From Candidatus Altimarinota bacterium (GTDB lineage: Bacteria > Patescibacteriota > Gracilibacteria > UBA1369 > GCA-2718715): 64,000 bases of DNA. Each line of letters starts with the position of its first letter. The stretch's first letter is position 1. The DNA lies in the NCBI GenBank assembly GCA_041242255.1, contig JBESAV010000001.1, positions 936,478 to 1,000,477 of the forward strand. The letters are read 5' to 3'. The position numbers were made by a program, and so were the translations under genes. Under the pieces are notes generated by a model. It was given only the letters and a program-made list of their open reading frames with translations. It ran no database searches and had not been told where the DNA came from. Shown here one piece after another: positions 10,772-21,024 of the stretch.

Positions 10772-11830
10772 ATGAACTCACAAATTTTTAACGAACTCTC
10801 TACAAACTTAACCCTAATTCTAGGATCGTCAGCATTTACTTTCCTTTTAGTTACAACTCTAACTGGACCATTCACCAGAATTTTAAAAAAATTCCAATTC
10901 GGCCAACAAATCCGTGAAGAAGCCATGGACGGAAAAGATGCAAAACTTTTTAAAGATCTTCACAAACACAAAAAAAACACCCCAACAATGGGAGGATTAC
11001 TCATATGGGGGTCAATCCTAGTTTTATCAATCGTGACATTCATTCTACAAGAACTAGATATCATCCAGTACGGACTAATCAACAGAAGAGAAACATACCT
11101 TCCTTTATTTACACTTTTCTCATTTGGACTTCTTGGACTTGTAGACGACATTTTCAATGTAAAAAAAATCGGAACAGTCAAAGGAATAAGATCTCTTCCC
11201 AAACTAACCTGGATGTTACTTCTCAGTGGATTAGGAGCTTGGTGGTTCAATACGAAACTTGGTTACAGCAGCATCGACCTACTAGGAATGAACCTAGAGC
11301 TAGGTGTATTCTACATACCTCTTTTCATTCTTTTTGTAACTGGATTTGCCAACGCTGTAAATTTTACTGATGGACTAGACGGCCTTGCAGCAGGACTATC
11401 AATCATGTCATTTGCCTCACTTGGTTTCATAGCCTTCCTGAACAGCCAATGGATACTATTCACCTTCTGTGCCAGCCTCTGCGGAGCAATAGCAGGGTTT
11501 CTATGGAACAACATACCACCAGCCAAATTCTTTATGGGTGACACCGGAGCTCTCAGCCTTGGAGCAACCATGGCCGTCACAGCTTTCATGATAGATGAAG
11601 TCCTTTTATTACTTTTCATTGGATTTATTTTCATCATCGAGACTCTATCAGTTATCATCCAACTAACTTCAAAAAAATTACGTAATAAAAAAGTATTCCA
11701 CATTGCACCACTACATCATCATTTTGAATATCTTGGATGGCCAGAGTTTCGTGTAACGATGCGTTTCTGGACCATAAGTATGTTCTCATGCATGCTTGGA
11801 CTGATCCTAACTCTAGCCAACATCATCTAA
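10772..11830 (+). CDS. mraY: Phospho-N-acetylmuramoyl-pentapeptide transferase
   Basis: TPTMGG, DD, NAVNFTDGLDGLA, FMGDTG, APLHHHFE. Confidence 0.96.
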   Translation: MNSQIFNELSTNLTLILGSSAFTFLLVTTLTGPFTRILKKFQFGQQIREEAMDGKDAKLFKDLHKHKKNTPTMGGLLIWGSILVLSIVTFILQELDIIQYGLINRRETYLPLFTLFSFGLLGLVDDIFNVKKIGTVKGIRSLPKLTWMLLLSGLGAWWFNTKLGYSSIDLLGMNLELGVFYIPLFILFVTGFANAVNFTDGLDGLAAGLSIMSFASLGFIAFLNSQWILFTFCASLCGAIAGFLWNNIPPAKFFMGDTGALSLGATMAVTAFMIDEVLLLLFIGFIFIIETLSVIIQLTSKKLRNKKVFHIAPLHHHFEYLGWPEFRVTMRFWTISMFSCMLGLILTLANII

Positions 11831-11834
11831 AACT

Positions 11835-11868
11835 AAAAAGCCCTCTCCAATAAAGAAAGGGCTTTTTT
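11835..11868. terminator. Bidirectional intrinsic terminator
   Basis: AAAAAGCCCT...AGGGCTTTTTT between convergent genes. Confidence 0.75.
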
Positions 11869-11883
11869 CATCTATAAACTATT

Positions 11884-13716
11884 TTAATTTTCTTCTCTAC
11901 TAGGAATAATAACTTCCTCTACTTCAGGCACTTCAACATTTTCTTCACCATCTAGCTCAGCTTCTTCTTCCTCTGAGCTATTTTCAGTTTCAGTCACAAC
12001 TTCATTCTCCAACTCATCCAATTCTATTTTAGTCTTGATAACATCTTCCTCCACAATCTCACTCTCTTCAGAAACTTCTTCATCAATCTCAATTCCAATT
12101 TCCTTAATCTTATCTTTAAGCACTGGAGCCTCATCTTCATCAACTAACTCACTCAAATCAATAACTCTCTCCTGAATCAACTTAGACAAATCCTCATCCA
12201 ACTCTTCTCCACTCATCTGAGCTTCTTTTAGTGTTTCCGTAAAATCTACCACAACTTTATTTACCTTTTCTTTTTGTTGCTCAATTGTATTATCATCTAC
12301 AACAAGATCAGTATCCACACTGGTAATCTTATCAATTTCCTCATCCAACTGTTTCAACTTAACTTTAACCTTTTCACCTGAAGCCTCAGCTACTTTAAGC
12401 TCTGTATTCAATAAAGCCTCTTTAATATCATCTTCTTTATCCTCAGCCAAGATTTCTCTCTTATGATTTTCCACAAGCACTTTAGCATCATTCTTAAGTT
12501 TAGCTGACCCTTCAACATCTTTCTTATCTGTCTCAACTTTTGAAGCAATATCCAACACATTACCTAAGTTTTTCTGATAAGCATCAATAGTCTTTTTCGC
12601 TAAATCTTTTTTACCTTCTACAGAAAGTATTCTAGCTTCATGAAGCTTCTCATCAGCAATCTCCAACTCAACCTCAGCCTTCCTAACCGGATCAACAGTT
12701 AAAGCCAACTTAGCGGCTCTCTGAGCTTCCTTTAATGGATACCACAAACTATCAGGAGTCACTTTCACCTTATCTTTACTAGCCAATATACTTGTCTCCA
12801 CTAAAGACTCCTCATAAAGTCTATCTTTCTTCATATTATCCAAATACCAAGTTCTTTGATTAATCTTCAAGTCATCCGCCATAAGTACGGTATCTACTAC
12901 AGATATTGAGTCTTGCTCTTTTTTAACTTTAATCAAATCCCCTTTTCTCAAAACCGAAGTTTGAAACTGACCTTTATTCTTGTAATTAACCTCAGCACTC
13001 TCTCCAAAAACAGCAACCTGACCAAATAAATCATTAACTTCTAAATTAATCACAGAATCATCATCAACTTCAATCAGCATCTCAGCCGTCTTAAAATTAT
13101 ACTCAGACAAACGGTCTGCCCCTCCAAAAGCATTAAACCAGAGACTTCCTCTCTTAACAGTCATAGATGAATCTGTCTTTCCAGAAAAGTTATCCACATC
13201 ATCAATAACTATCTCGGAATTACTATCTAGTCTCATTATAGATTTATCTGCAAAAATCATTTCCACAAACCCTCCATCAGTCATAATCCTATCACTAGGG
13301 TTGACATTAAAGCCAGGATAAGCCAAAAGCTCTTTCCCCAATCGGATAACCTTAACTTCACCGCTCACAGCAGATATAGAAATAGGAGAACTCGCATTCG
13401 CAGTCTCAATACCATCTCCATAGTCAAAAACAGACGTAAAGACTAGGGCCAATGCCATAAAACCAGCAGCAAAAGTCTGCATATAAGATTTCCACCCTAA
13501 AGCATTCTCTTTGATATTCATTATTGTATAAAGCTTCTCTTTCAAAAGAACCTTATCTCTTAAACTCATTGTAGGTTCATTAAAAGCCTTACTCAAACTA
13601 TTAACTTCAGAAATTTTCTCATCAACCAAAAAAGATCTAAAATCCCCAGTTTTCTGGTATTTTTTAGACTTAAAAGTCTGATCCAAATCTGATAAAAATT
13701 TCTTATTTATATTCAT
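11884..13716 (-). CDS. Putative anti-sigma factor: TM helix, FecR-like domain and DUF5667-like helical region
   Basis: Directly downstream of the ECF sigma; FADKSIMRLDSNSEI (FecR-like); TPDSLWYPLKE..KLALT (DUF5667-like). Confidence 0.7.
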   Translation of the reverse strand: MNINKKFLSDLDQTFKSKKYQKTGDFRSFLVDEKISEVNSLSKAFNEPTMSLRDKVLLKEKLYTIMNIKENALGWKSYMQTFAAGFMALALVFTSVFDYGDGIETANASSPISISAVSGEVKVIRLGKELLAYPGFNVNPSDRIMTDGGFVEMIFADKSIMRLDSNSEIVIDDVDNFSGKTDSSMTVKRGSLWFNAFGGADRLSEYNFKTAEMLIEVDDDSVINLEVNDLFGQVAVFGESAEVNYKNKGQFQTSVLRKGDLIKVKKEQDSISVVDTVLMADDLKINQRTWYLDNMKKDRLYEESLVETSILASKDKVKVTPDSLWYPLKEAQRAAKLALTVDPVRKAEVELEIADEKLHEARILSVEGKKDLAKKTIDAYQKNLGNVLDIASKVETDKKDVEGSAKLKNDAKVLVENHKREILAEDKEDDIKEALLNTELKVAEASGEKVKVKLKQLDEEIDKITSVDTDLVVDDNTIEQQKEKVNKVVVDFTETLKEAQMSGEELDEDLSKLIQERVIDLSELVDEDEAPVLKDKIKEIGIEIDEEVSEESEIVEEDVIKTKIELDELENEVVTETENSSEEEEAELDGEENVEVPEVEEVIIPSREEN

Positions 13717-13771
13717 ATTTTTCTTACTTCACACAATTGTACGAAAGTTTTACAAAAATGTTACTTATTAT

Positions 13772-14347
13772 TTAAAAATCCTCATAGTCAAACCCCATTT
13801 CAGTCAAAACATCCTTCAACTCATTCAAAGCTCTATACTGCATTACCCTTACAGTCCCCTCTTTCTTTTTTAATATTTTAGAAACCTCTGTATAAGATAA
13901 TTCCTCCACAAATCTGAAAATAACTAATTCTTTATTATTTTCAGAAATCTTATCCAAAGCTTCTTTCAAAACATCAGAGTTCAAAGTACCATCAACTTTA
14001 TCCTTAATGTCTCCACCATCAGTTTCAGAATGACTAACAGGAATCTCCACGGTCTCTTTTTTTGTCCTGTAAAAGTCAATCACCGTATTCCTAGCAATAT
14101 TATAAAGCCAAGTCCCAAACGAACTCTTCTTAGGGTTAAAGCTATCTTTACTTTCAAATACCTTCAAGAAAGCAATCTCAACCAGGTCCTCCACGTCTTT
14201 TTCATCTTTAACTTTGTAATAAATAAAACGATATAGATTATCAATATAATAATCATATAGCTCACCAAAAGCCTCATTCTCTCCTTTCAACCATCTAGTA
14301 ACTAACTTTTGGATATCCTTCTCGCTCTTCTTTTTGGGTGTATCCAT
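13772..14347 (-). CDS. ECF sigma-70 family RNA polymerase sigma factor
   Basis: AFGELYDYY, FGTWLYNIARNTVIDFYR, LSYTEVS..L..KEGTVRVMQYRAL. Confidence 0.93.
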   Translation of the reverse strand: MDTPKKKSEKDIQKLVTRWLKGENEAFGELYDYYIDNLYRFIYYKVKDEKDVEDLVEIAFLKVFESKDSFNPKKSSFGTWLYNIARNTVIDFYRTKKETVEIPVSHSETDGGDIKDKVDGTLNSDVLKEALDKISENNKELVIFRFVEELSYTEVSKILKKKEGTVRVMQYRALNELKDVLTEMGFDYEDF

Positions 14348-14420
14348 TCAAACTTTTATACACCCAATTAATAGATTATTTATCCACTCTTGTCAATCAA
14401 GACAAGCCCTTATTCACAAG

Positions 14421-15335
14421 CTAACTACTCAATATATCCTGTAGTTTCTTAGCTAAACTTAAAGCATTATCCATTTCTCTTTTCCACATATTCCGCCCAT
14501 AAATCAACCCAAATGCCCCAGCCTCCTTTGCATATTTTGTATTTTCAATAACTTCTTTTTCATCTTTCTTTCCACCTCCACTAAAAAGAACTGGAATACC
14601 AGCCGCAGCCTCCACCACTCTCTTTGTTCTGATCAACTTCCTCTCATGTTCGGTCTTTTTCATCATTTCCTTTTCAAAATCCCTAAACTCTTTCGGAATC
14701 AACTTATTTTCTATAAAACTATCTTCAGGATCAGATGGAATATTTGATTTCACAACGGTAGCACCCATTTCAACTGCCAATCTAGCCGCACTTTCCAAGG
14801 CATAACTAGTTTTAGTTCCACCTTTAGCATCCATAGCTTCTCCTCTCGGATAAGCCCAAACTATTAAAGGAAGATCATACTTCTCACACTCCTGACGTAC
14901 TCTCGCCAACTGAGGAAGATCTTCATCTTGTCTATCAGAACCGTAGTACAGTGTATAACCTATACCAGAAGCTCCTAACTCATAAGCATCTTTCACAAAG
15001 CTAGTGTGTGTACTTAATGCATGATCTTGTGATGGAATGGAAGTCTTACCATTTACCTTTACCACAAGTGGAATCTTCTTATTCCATTTTTTCCAAAATC
15101 TTTTTGCAACACCATAATGCACAGCAACTGCGTTAAAACCACCTTTCACCGCTAGCTCCATAATAAAATCAGGGTCATTAGCTCTCTTATGTGCAAAACT
15201 ATGTCTGTTATCATGCTCCACAAACTGATCATAAGGAAGCATCATACAATGACCACTATCCATAACCATCTTCATCATATTTTTCTTTTCTCCTTTACTA
15301 AACCAAGCTTTTTCGAAAAATTTCATTCTACTCAT
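14421..15335 (-). CDS. Class I (DhnA/FbaB-type) fructose-bisphosphate aldolase
   Basis: VKVNGKT, GYTLYYGS, LIVWAYPRG, Schiff-base Lys in GATVVK, SGG, GLIYGRNMWKR. Confidence 0.85.
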   Translation of the reverse strand: MSRMKFFEKAWFSKGEKKNMMKMVMDSGHCMMLPYDQFVEHDNRHSFAHKRANDPDFIMELAVKGGFNAVAVHYGVAKRFWKKWNKKIPLVVKVNGKTSIPSQDHALSTHTSFVKDAYELGASGIGYTLYYGSDRQDEDLPQLARVRQECEKYDLPLIVWAYPRGEAMDAKGGTKTSYALESAARLAVEMGATVVKSNIPSDPEDSFIENKLIPKEFRDFEKEMMKKTEHERKLIRTKRVVEAAAGIPVLFSGGGKKDEKEVIENTKYAKEAGAFGLIYGRNMWKREMDNALSLAKKLQDILSS

Positions 15336-15361
15336 AACAAATATTTAAATATCTATTTATT

Positions 15362-15682
15362 CTACCACAAAAACTCAATATTTTCAGGCTCAACCATCCC
15401 CTCCCCTCCTTTCACTCCATCTAAAGATTGAAGGTCAGATAACCTTTGCTGTTCATCCTGCCTATTCTCCATCAACTGAGATCTTTCGTATTTAAGTTTA
15501 TAACTCTCTTTCTCAAAATCAGATTGAACATGAAAAGTCATCACATAACCAACAAACAAAACTCCAATAAAAATCAACCACATACTTACCAAAGAAAATC
15601 TCCCCATATAAAAAGAATAGAGAAGCCCATAAGACTTCCCTATTTTTCCATGACCCAATATCTGAGGCGTTTCTTTTTTCAA
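15362..15682 (-). CDS. Small bitopic membrane protein, probable divergent FtsL-like cell-division protein
   Basis: Immediately after rsmH; one TM helix, heptad coiled coil, C-terminal GMVEP. Confidence 0.5.
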   Translation of the reverse strand: MKKETPQILGHGKIGKSYGLLYSFYMGRFSLVSMWLIFIGVLFVGYVMTFHVQSDFEKESYKLKYERSQLMENRQDEQQRLSDLQSLDGVKGGEGMVEPENIEFLW

Positions 15683-15691
15683 ATTTCTAAC

Positions 15692-16636
15692 TTAGAGCTT
15701 TTCAATTACTCTCATTTTAGCACTTCTAGCTCTTGGATTTTCTTCAATCTCCTTGTCTGAAGGAACAATTATTTTTCTATTTACCAATTTTATTAGTGGT
15801 TCACCATGTACCGATTTAAGTGCTTCCATTTCATTCTTAGGCTCAGGCTTCAAAAGTTCGTTGAAATACTGCTTCACTATTCTATCCTCCAATGAATGAT
15901 AACTAATCACAGCCATTCTTCCACCTGGATTCATTAGCTCAAACATTTTTCTAATACCTTTGTAAACTTTATTAAGCTCATCATTTACAGAAATTCTCAA
16001 CGCTTGGAAAATACAAGCTAATCTCTTCGATCTATGCTTTACTGGTAAATAATCATCAATTCTCTCCACAAAGTCCAATGTATACTTAAATGGAGCTTTT
16101 TCCCTTTCTTCTACAATAATAGTTGCTAGCTTAGGAGCCGCAGGTAATTCACCATAATTTCTAAACAACTCAGTCAATTTCTCATGACTAAGGTTATTCA
16201 GAATCATTGCAGCTGTGATGTTTTCATTTTGATTATATCTCATATCTAAAGGCCCATTGTGCTTGTATGAAAACCCATTTTCAGCATTATCCAAATGCGG
16301 TGAAGACAACCCAAGATCAAGCAATATTTTATCCAAACCATCCAACTTCATAACCTTAGAATAATGATCAACTCTATCAAAACTATCGTTTATATATGCA
16401 ATTTTACCCTCAAACTTCTTCAAATTTTGACGAGCTTTTTGCATATTTCTTCTATCCAAATCAAAAGCATACAATTTACCACCATCAATAAGTTTAACCA
16501 TCTCTTTCGTGTGACCACCAAGTCCAAGAGTTCCATCAACTACAATATCATTTGGCTGAATATCAAGCCTTTTCAAAACCTCATCTAAAAGGACAGGTAC
16601 ATGCTTCATAGATAGTCCCACTTCATCAAAATACAT
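15692..16636 (-). CDS. rsmH: 16S rRNA C1402 N4-methyltransferase (start probably ATG 16609)
   Basis: HVPVLLDEV, DGTLGLGGHT, DLGLSSPHLD, GPLDMR, SYHSLEDRIVK, NPRARSAKMR. Confidence 0.96.
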   Translation of the reverse strand: MYFDEVGLSMKHVPVLLDEVLKRLDIQPNDIVVDGTLGLGGHTKEMVKLIDGGKLYAFDLDRRNMQKARQNLKKFEGKIAYINDSFDRVDHYSKVMKLDGLDKILLDLGLSSPHLDNAENGFSYKHNGPLDMRYNQNENITAAMILNNLSHEKLTELFRNYGELPAAPKLATIIVEEREKAPFKYTLDFVERIDDYLPVKHRSKRLACIFQALRISVNDELNKVYKGIRKMFELMNPGGRMAVISYHSLEDRIVKQYFNELLKPEPKNEMEALKSVHGEPLIKLVNRKIIVPSDKEIEENPRARSAKMRVIEKL

Positions 16637-16749
16637 ATGTTAATTCAAAATTATAGTGTGCAATTTATAACATCAAACCCACCCCAAAGTCAAATTATCG
16701 CAGCACCAAAACAATCAGAATCAGGCTTTTTATAAAGCAATACTCAAAT

Positions 16750-17421
16750 CTAATTTTCTTTCAACTTATACCTTCCAACTAGCTCATCCGATACTCTACC
16801 AGACCTCAAAACGGATATAACATTATCATCAACCTTCACCACAGAAGAAGGAGCCTCATATTCAAGTACACCTGCATCAACAATCAGATCGATCTCCAAA
16901 AAGCTATCTCCCATCTGCTCCTGCAACTCATGCAACGAGTAACAACTAGGCTTACCATGCACATTCGCAGAAGTCGTAAACAATGGCTTTCCAAGCTTCC
17001 TAGATAGTTTCGTCATCAAATTATGTTCAGGTAAACGAACCCCAACAAACTTCCCCTCCTTCATATTCTCATATTCTAAACACCCATCATCAAAATCCAA
17101 ATCATTATCTTTGTTACCTCTCGCCACTATCGTCAAAAACCCAGGTAAATACTCCTCTACCAGTTCAGCTGTCACAAGATCCAAATCCAAGAAATCAACC
17201 AGCATTGCCTTATCTCCCATACACAAACTTATCATTTTATCCTCAGGCATCTGTTTTAACTTCCGGATCTTGTCCCTAACCTCATAGTTACTTGAGTCAC
17301 CCGTAAAACCATAACAAGTATCTGCCGCCATAAGAACAACCTTTCCTGATTCTATGTACTGATAGATCTCATCAAATATTTTCTCAAAATCAAATTTACC
17401 CTCAAGTTTCAAATGCCTCAT
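16750..17421 (-). CDS. tsaC: L-threonylcarbamoyladenylate synthase (YrdC/Sua5 family)
   Basis: DTCYG, LK, LPGFLT, VGVRLP, TTSANVHG, SSVV, LRSG. Confidence 0.85.
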   Translation of the reverse strand: MRHLKLEGKFDFEKIFDEIYQYIESGKVVLMAADTCYGFTGDSSNYEVRDKIRKLKQMPEDKMISLCMGDKAMLVDFLDLDLVTAELVEEYLPGFLTIVARGNKDNDLDFDDGCLEYENMKEGKFVGVRLPEHNLMTKLSRKLGKPLFTTSANVHGKPSCYSLHELQEQMGDSFLEIDLIVDAGVLEYEAPSSVVKVDDNVISVLRSGRVSDELVGRYKLKEN

Positions 17422-17479
17422 GCTCTATAAATTAGATCAATAATAAGTTATAATTAGTACAATAATTTAACAAAATTTT

Positions 17480-18496
17480 ATGACTCCTGTCAAAGTTGCC
17501 ATAAACGGATTCGGAAGAATCGGTCGACTTAGCTTCCGCGCCCATCTTAAACATAAAAAAATAAACATAGTAGCCATCAATGACCTTGCACCTATCGAAC
17601 AAGCTACCCACCTACTAAAATGGGATTCTATCTACGGTCAGATTGGTCATGAAATATCCCACGACGAAGAAAACATATATATAGACGGTAATCCAGTAAA
17701 ATACACTCAGATCAAAGACCCGGCTGAATTACCATGGAAAGAGAACCAAATTGACATTGTATTAGAGTGCACAGGAATCTTTAAAACCAAAGAACTTGCC
17801 TCCAAACATCTAGAAGCTGGAGCTAAAACCGTAATCCTATCAGCTCCAGGAAAAGGAGAAATCCCAACCTTCTGCTACGGTATCAACCACCAAAAGTACA
17901 ACCCAGATCGCCAAACCATAATCTCAAATGCTTCATGTACAACTAACTGTATTGCCCCAGTAGCTAAAGTCATCGATGAAAACTTCCAAATCATCAACGG
18001 GTTCATGACCACAGTTCATTCCTATACAAACAGCCAAGTTCTCGCCGACAGCTTCCACAAAAAAGACAACCGCCGTGCTAGAGCCGCTGCTCTATCTATT
18101 ATCCCTACCTCAACAGGTGCAGCAAAAGCGTTAAGCTTAGTTCTACCAAACCTCAAAGATAAAATAAGCGGATCTGCGCTAAGAGTACCAACACCAACAG
18201 TTTCTATGATCGAGTTAATCTGTAACGTAAAAACTCCAACCACAGTTGAAGACATAAATTACGTTCTAGAAAAAGCTTCAGAAGGAACTCTTAAAGGGGT
18301 ACTATCTGTTTCGCACGAACCATTAGTTTCAACAGACTACACAGGTAACCCACACTCCTCAATCGTCGACGCAGAACTGACAGAATGTTTAGAAAAACAC
18401 ACCTTAAAAGTTGTAGCCTGGTACGACAACGAATGGGGTTATTCCGAAAGACTGATCAACATGGCCGAATACGTTGCTGATCAAATGAACGCATAA
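17480..18496 (+). CDS. gap: Type I glyceraldehyde-3-phosphate dehydrogenase
   Basis: INGFGRIGR, SNASCTTNC, STGAAKA, WYDNEWGYS. Confidence 0.97.
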   Translation: MTPVKVAINGFGRIGRLSFRAHLKHKKINIVAINDLAPIEQATHLLKWDSIYGQIGHEISHDEENIYIDGNPVKYTQIKDPAELPWKENQIDIVLECTGIFKTKELASKHLEAGAKTVILSAPGKGEIPTFCYGINHQKYNPDRQTIISNASCTTNCIAPVAKVIDENFQIINGFMTTVHSYTNSQVLADSFHKKDNRRARAAALSIIPTSTGAAKALSLVLPNLKDKISGSALRVPTPTVSMIELICNVKTPTTVEDINYVLEKASEGTLKGVLSVSHEPLVSTDYTGNPHSSIVDAELTECLEKHTLKVVAWYDNEWGYSERLINMAEYVADQMNA

Positions 18497-18517
18497 AAAA
18501 AGCCCCCACAGGGGCTT
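18496..18517. terminator. Intrinsic terminator between gap and a convergent small gene
   Basis: AAAAAAGCCCC-CACA-GGGGCTT; the U-tract is on the minus strand. Confidence 0.7.
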
Positions 18518-18538
18518 CATTCAAACTAGAAAAAGAAG

Positions 18539-18742
18539 TTATGCTTTTGCAGCCTCTTTTTTCTTTGTTGTTTTCTTAGCAGTAGTTTTTTTAGCTACTT
18601 TTTTCTTATCTTTCTTTGCATCTTTTGCTTCTTCCTCTCTTCTTTTTCTAGCTAAGAATTTGTTTCTTCTTTTTCTCTTTTTTGCTTTAGGAAAACTTTT
18701 CCCTACAAAACAATGTTGTTTTGATGATGATCTATTACTCAT
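18539..18742 (-). CDS. Small highly basic (Lys/Arg-rich) protein, 67 aa
   Basis: Upstream promoter-like TTGATT-N17-TATATT on the minus strand and a downstream terminator; KKTTAKK tail. Confidence 0.7.
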   Translation of the reverse strand: MSNRSSSKQHCFVGKSFPKAKKRKRRNKFLARKRREEEAKDAKKDKKKVAKKTTAKKTTKKKEAAKA

Positions 18743-18841
18743 TTCAAATGATTTACTTATTAGTGCCGCAAATATACAGATTTGCCAAACCTAAATCAAG
18801 TAATTATAATTTCGACACAATTCAAAACTGATTTATAAATA

Positions 18842-19558
18842 ATGCGCGAAAGACAACAAAAAATACTCAAAGCCATAATTCAAGAATTCATTAAGTCAGC
18901 TCAACCTGTTGGATCAAAAACCATCATGGTTGGCTACAACTTTCAAGTAAGCCCTGCCACTATTCGTAGCGATATGGCCTCTCTAGAAAAAGAAGGCTTA
19001 GTTATTCAGCCACATACTTCAGCTGGAAGAATTCCTACAGACCTAGGGTACAGAGTTTTTGTTAACGACCTCCTCGACCTAGAAGAAGCAAGAAAAATTG
19101 CCAAACCACTACTTCAAGATGTACGTCAAAAATTCCTGAAAGAACAAGTCAAAAAACGTATCCAAGATGCTGTATCAGTTCTATCAGAATCAACTCAAAA
19201 CATCAGTTTTGCCACATTTCCAGATTCAAGAGCCTTTTACTTAGGACTTAGTAACGTTCTAAAGAAACCAGAATTTTTCCAAGACCCACTTCAAGCCAGT
19301 CAAGTTATAGAAGTTTTTGAACACAACGACAACTTCCTAAAAACAATCGACTCATTAGAGATAAGCCCAAACAAATCAGAAATATTCATCGGACAAGAAA
19401 ATATTATCCCCGAAATCCAAAGTTGTAGTATGATCATATCCAAATACGCCCACCAAGACATCCAAGGTTATATCGGAATACTTGGGCCAACTAGAATGAA
19501 TTACGCTACAAACTCTGTAATTCTCGAAGAAATAACTAAACTAATCAATCATGAATAA
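18842..19558 (+). CDS. hrcA: Heat-inducible transcription repressor HrcA (short form)
   Basis: PVGSK, VSPATIRSDM, QPHTSAGRIPTDLGYR, GILGPTRMNY. Confidence 0.93.
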   Translation: MRERQQKILKAIIQEFIKSAQPVGSKTIMVGYNFQVSPATIRSDMASLEKEGLVIQPHTSAGRIPTDLGYRVFVNDLLDLEEARKIAKPLLQDVRQKFLKEQVKKRIQDAVSVLSESTQNISFATFPDSRAFYLGLSNVLKKPEFFQDPLQASQVIEVFEHNDNFLKTIDSLEISPNKSEIFIGQENIIPEIQSCSMIISKYAHQDIQGYIGILGPTRMNYATNSVILEEITKLINHE

Positions 19559-20033
19559 AGACGACAAAAAAACTGAAACTACAGAACAAGATATTCAAAC
19601 TCTTCAAGCAGATCTAGAAAATATGACTAACACTGCCAAAAGAGCCTTAGCAGATCTTCAAAACTTCAAAAGACACGCCGAAGAACAACGCTCAACTCTT
19701 ATGAACATGGGGCAAATCGACATTATTACCAAAATAATGCCAATCTACGACAACCTTCAAAGAGCCATCTCACAAACCCCAGAAGAAATAAAAGATAACG
19801 ACTGGGTAAAAGGAGTTCATAGTATCCAAGAACAATTCCTCAAACTCCTCCAAAACTCAGGCCTAGAACTTCTTCCTGGAACCGGAAAACAAGCTGACCC
19901 AAACCACCACGAAATCATCACAGCAGTTCCAGGAGCACCTCAAAACCAAATCATAGAAACCCTAGAGCAAGGCTTCACATTTAACGACAAATTAATCAAA
20001 CCATCAAAAGTAGTTGTAGGTTCAGATCAATAA
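19551..20033 (+). CDS. grpE: Nucleotide exchange factor GrpE
   Basis: RALADLQNFKR, DNLQRA, DPNHHE, GF....KLIKPSKVVV. Confidence 0.93.
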   Translation: MNKDDKKTETTEQDIQTLQADLENMTNTAKRALADLQNFKRHAEEQRSTLMNMGQIDIITKIMPIYDNLQRAISQTPEEIKDNDWVKGVHSIQEQFLKLLQNSGLELLPGTGKQADPNHHEIITAVPGAPQNQIIETLEQGFTFNDKLIKPSKVVVGSDQ

Positions 20034-20055
20034 AAAGCCTCTTCAGAGGCTTTTT
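20032..20055. terminator. Bidirectional terminator
   Basis: AAAAAGCCTC-TTCA-GAGGCTTTTT. Confidence 0.8.
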
Positions 20056-20057
20056 CT

Positions 20058-21020
20058 TTACCTTCTTGGTGGCCTACCACCAGGTAACTCACCACCTGCC
20101 CCTCCAGGTGCTGCTTCTACAAACTCTCCCTTCAAACATCGAGGAACATATGGATATTCATTTGTAATGAAGTATACATATTCATCACCTACAAAACCTC
20201 CATTACACTCATCCAAATCACCACTACCTTCCACATAATTCCAATCAGACGTAAATGTTCCAGCTGGTGAGTTTTCATCAACAGATACTACATTTCCACC
20301 ACCAGGGGTTGTATAACTACAATTTACACCACTTCTATCATTTCCATCTAAAAAATAACTAGACTCATAAGCACCCGATTTCGAATAAACCATTAAATGT
20401 CCATCAGATGCAAACCCCACATGAACTATATCGTCATTCGAATCAAAGGCTGAAACAAGCATCTCCGAAACTCCATGATAATGATAAGCTCCACTTGGTT
20501 GAACATGGGCATTATTAAAGTCCAAACCAAGATCAGTCACATCTTGCAAAGCTTCAATTCTATACTGCACACCGTTATCACAATAAGCAACTTCAGCAGT
20601 TCCAGGCTCAAACTTAACACCATTTAAAGCAACTCCTGGAGTCCTTGCCTCTTTACTAACTCCAGTATAAACAGGATTCAAAGCAAACTCATATCTATCA
20701 CTTTGCTCTTGAATAGTATTTGGATTTCCAGAATTCGGAAAAGCACCAGTCTCATGATTTGGCAATGCATTAGAAGTCATTACTCTTTTATCCCCAACCA
20801 ACTCTACTCGAACTTGAGTGCCTGTTGCTTGATTGTCAATCCCATAATCACCAAGAAAATCACTTTCAAAAGCACTTTGTACAACATTTTCTTCTACCAA
20901 AGCCTCATCAGCCAGCTCAATCTCAACTGGAGCAACAGAAGGCTCCATACTCAATACATATATCCCACCTACCAAAACAACCACACCTCCTAACACTGAT
21001 ATAAAAGTATTCATTTTCAT
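20058..21020 (-). CDS. YHYH domain secreted protein
   Basis: N-terminal TM/signal; GVALNGV, NAHVQPSGAYHYHG, GFASDG, DLDECNG, YPYVPRC. Confidence 0.85.
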   Translation of the reverse strand: MKMNTFISVLGGVVVLVGGIYVLSMEPSVAPVEIELADEALVEENVVQSAFESDFLGDYGIDNQATGTQVRVELVGDKRVMTSNALPNHETGAFPNSGNPNTIQEQSDRYEFALNPVYTGVSKEARTPGVALNGVKFEPGTAEVAYCDNGVQYRIEALQDVTDLGLDFNNAHVQPSGAYHYHGVSEMLVSAFDSNDDIVHVGFASDGHLMVYSKSGAYESSYFLDGNDRSGVNCSYTTPGGGNVVSVDENSPAGTFTSDWNYVEGSGDLDECNGGFVGDEYVYFITNEYPYVPRCLKGEFVEAAPGGAGGELPGGRPPRR

Positions 21021-21024
21021 AAAC

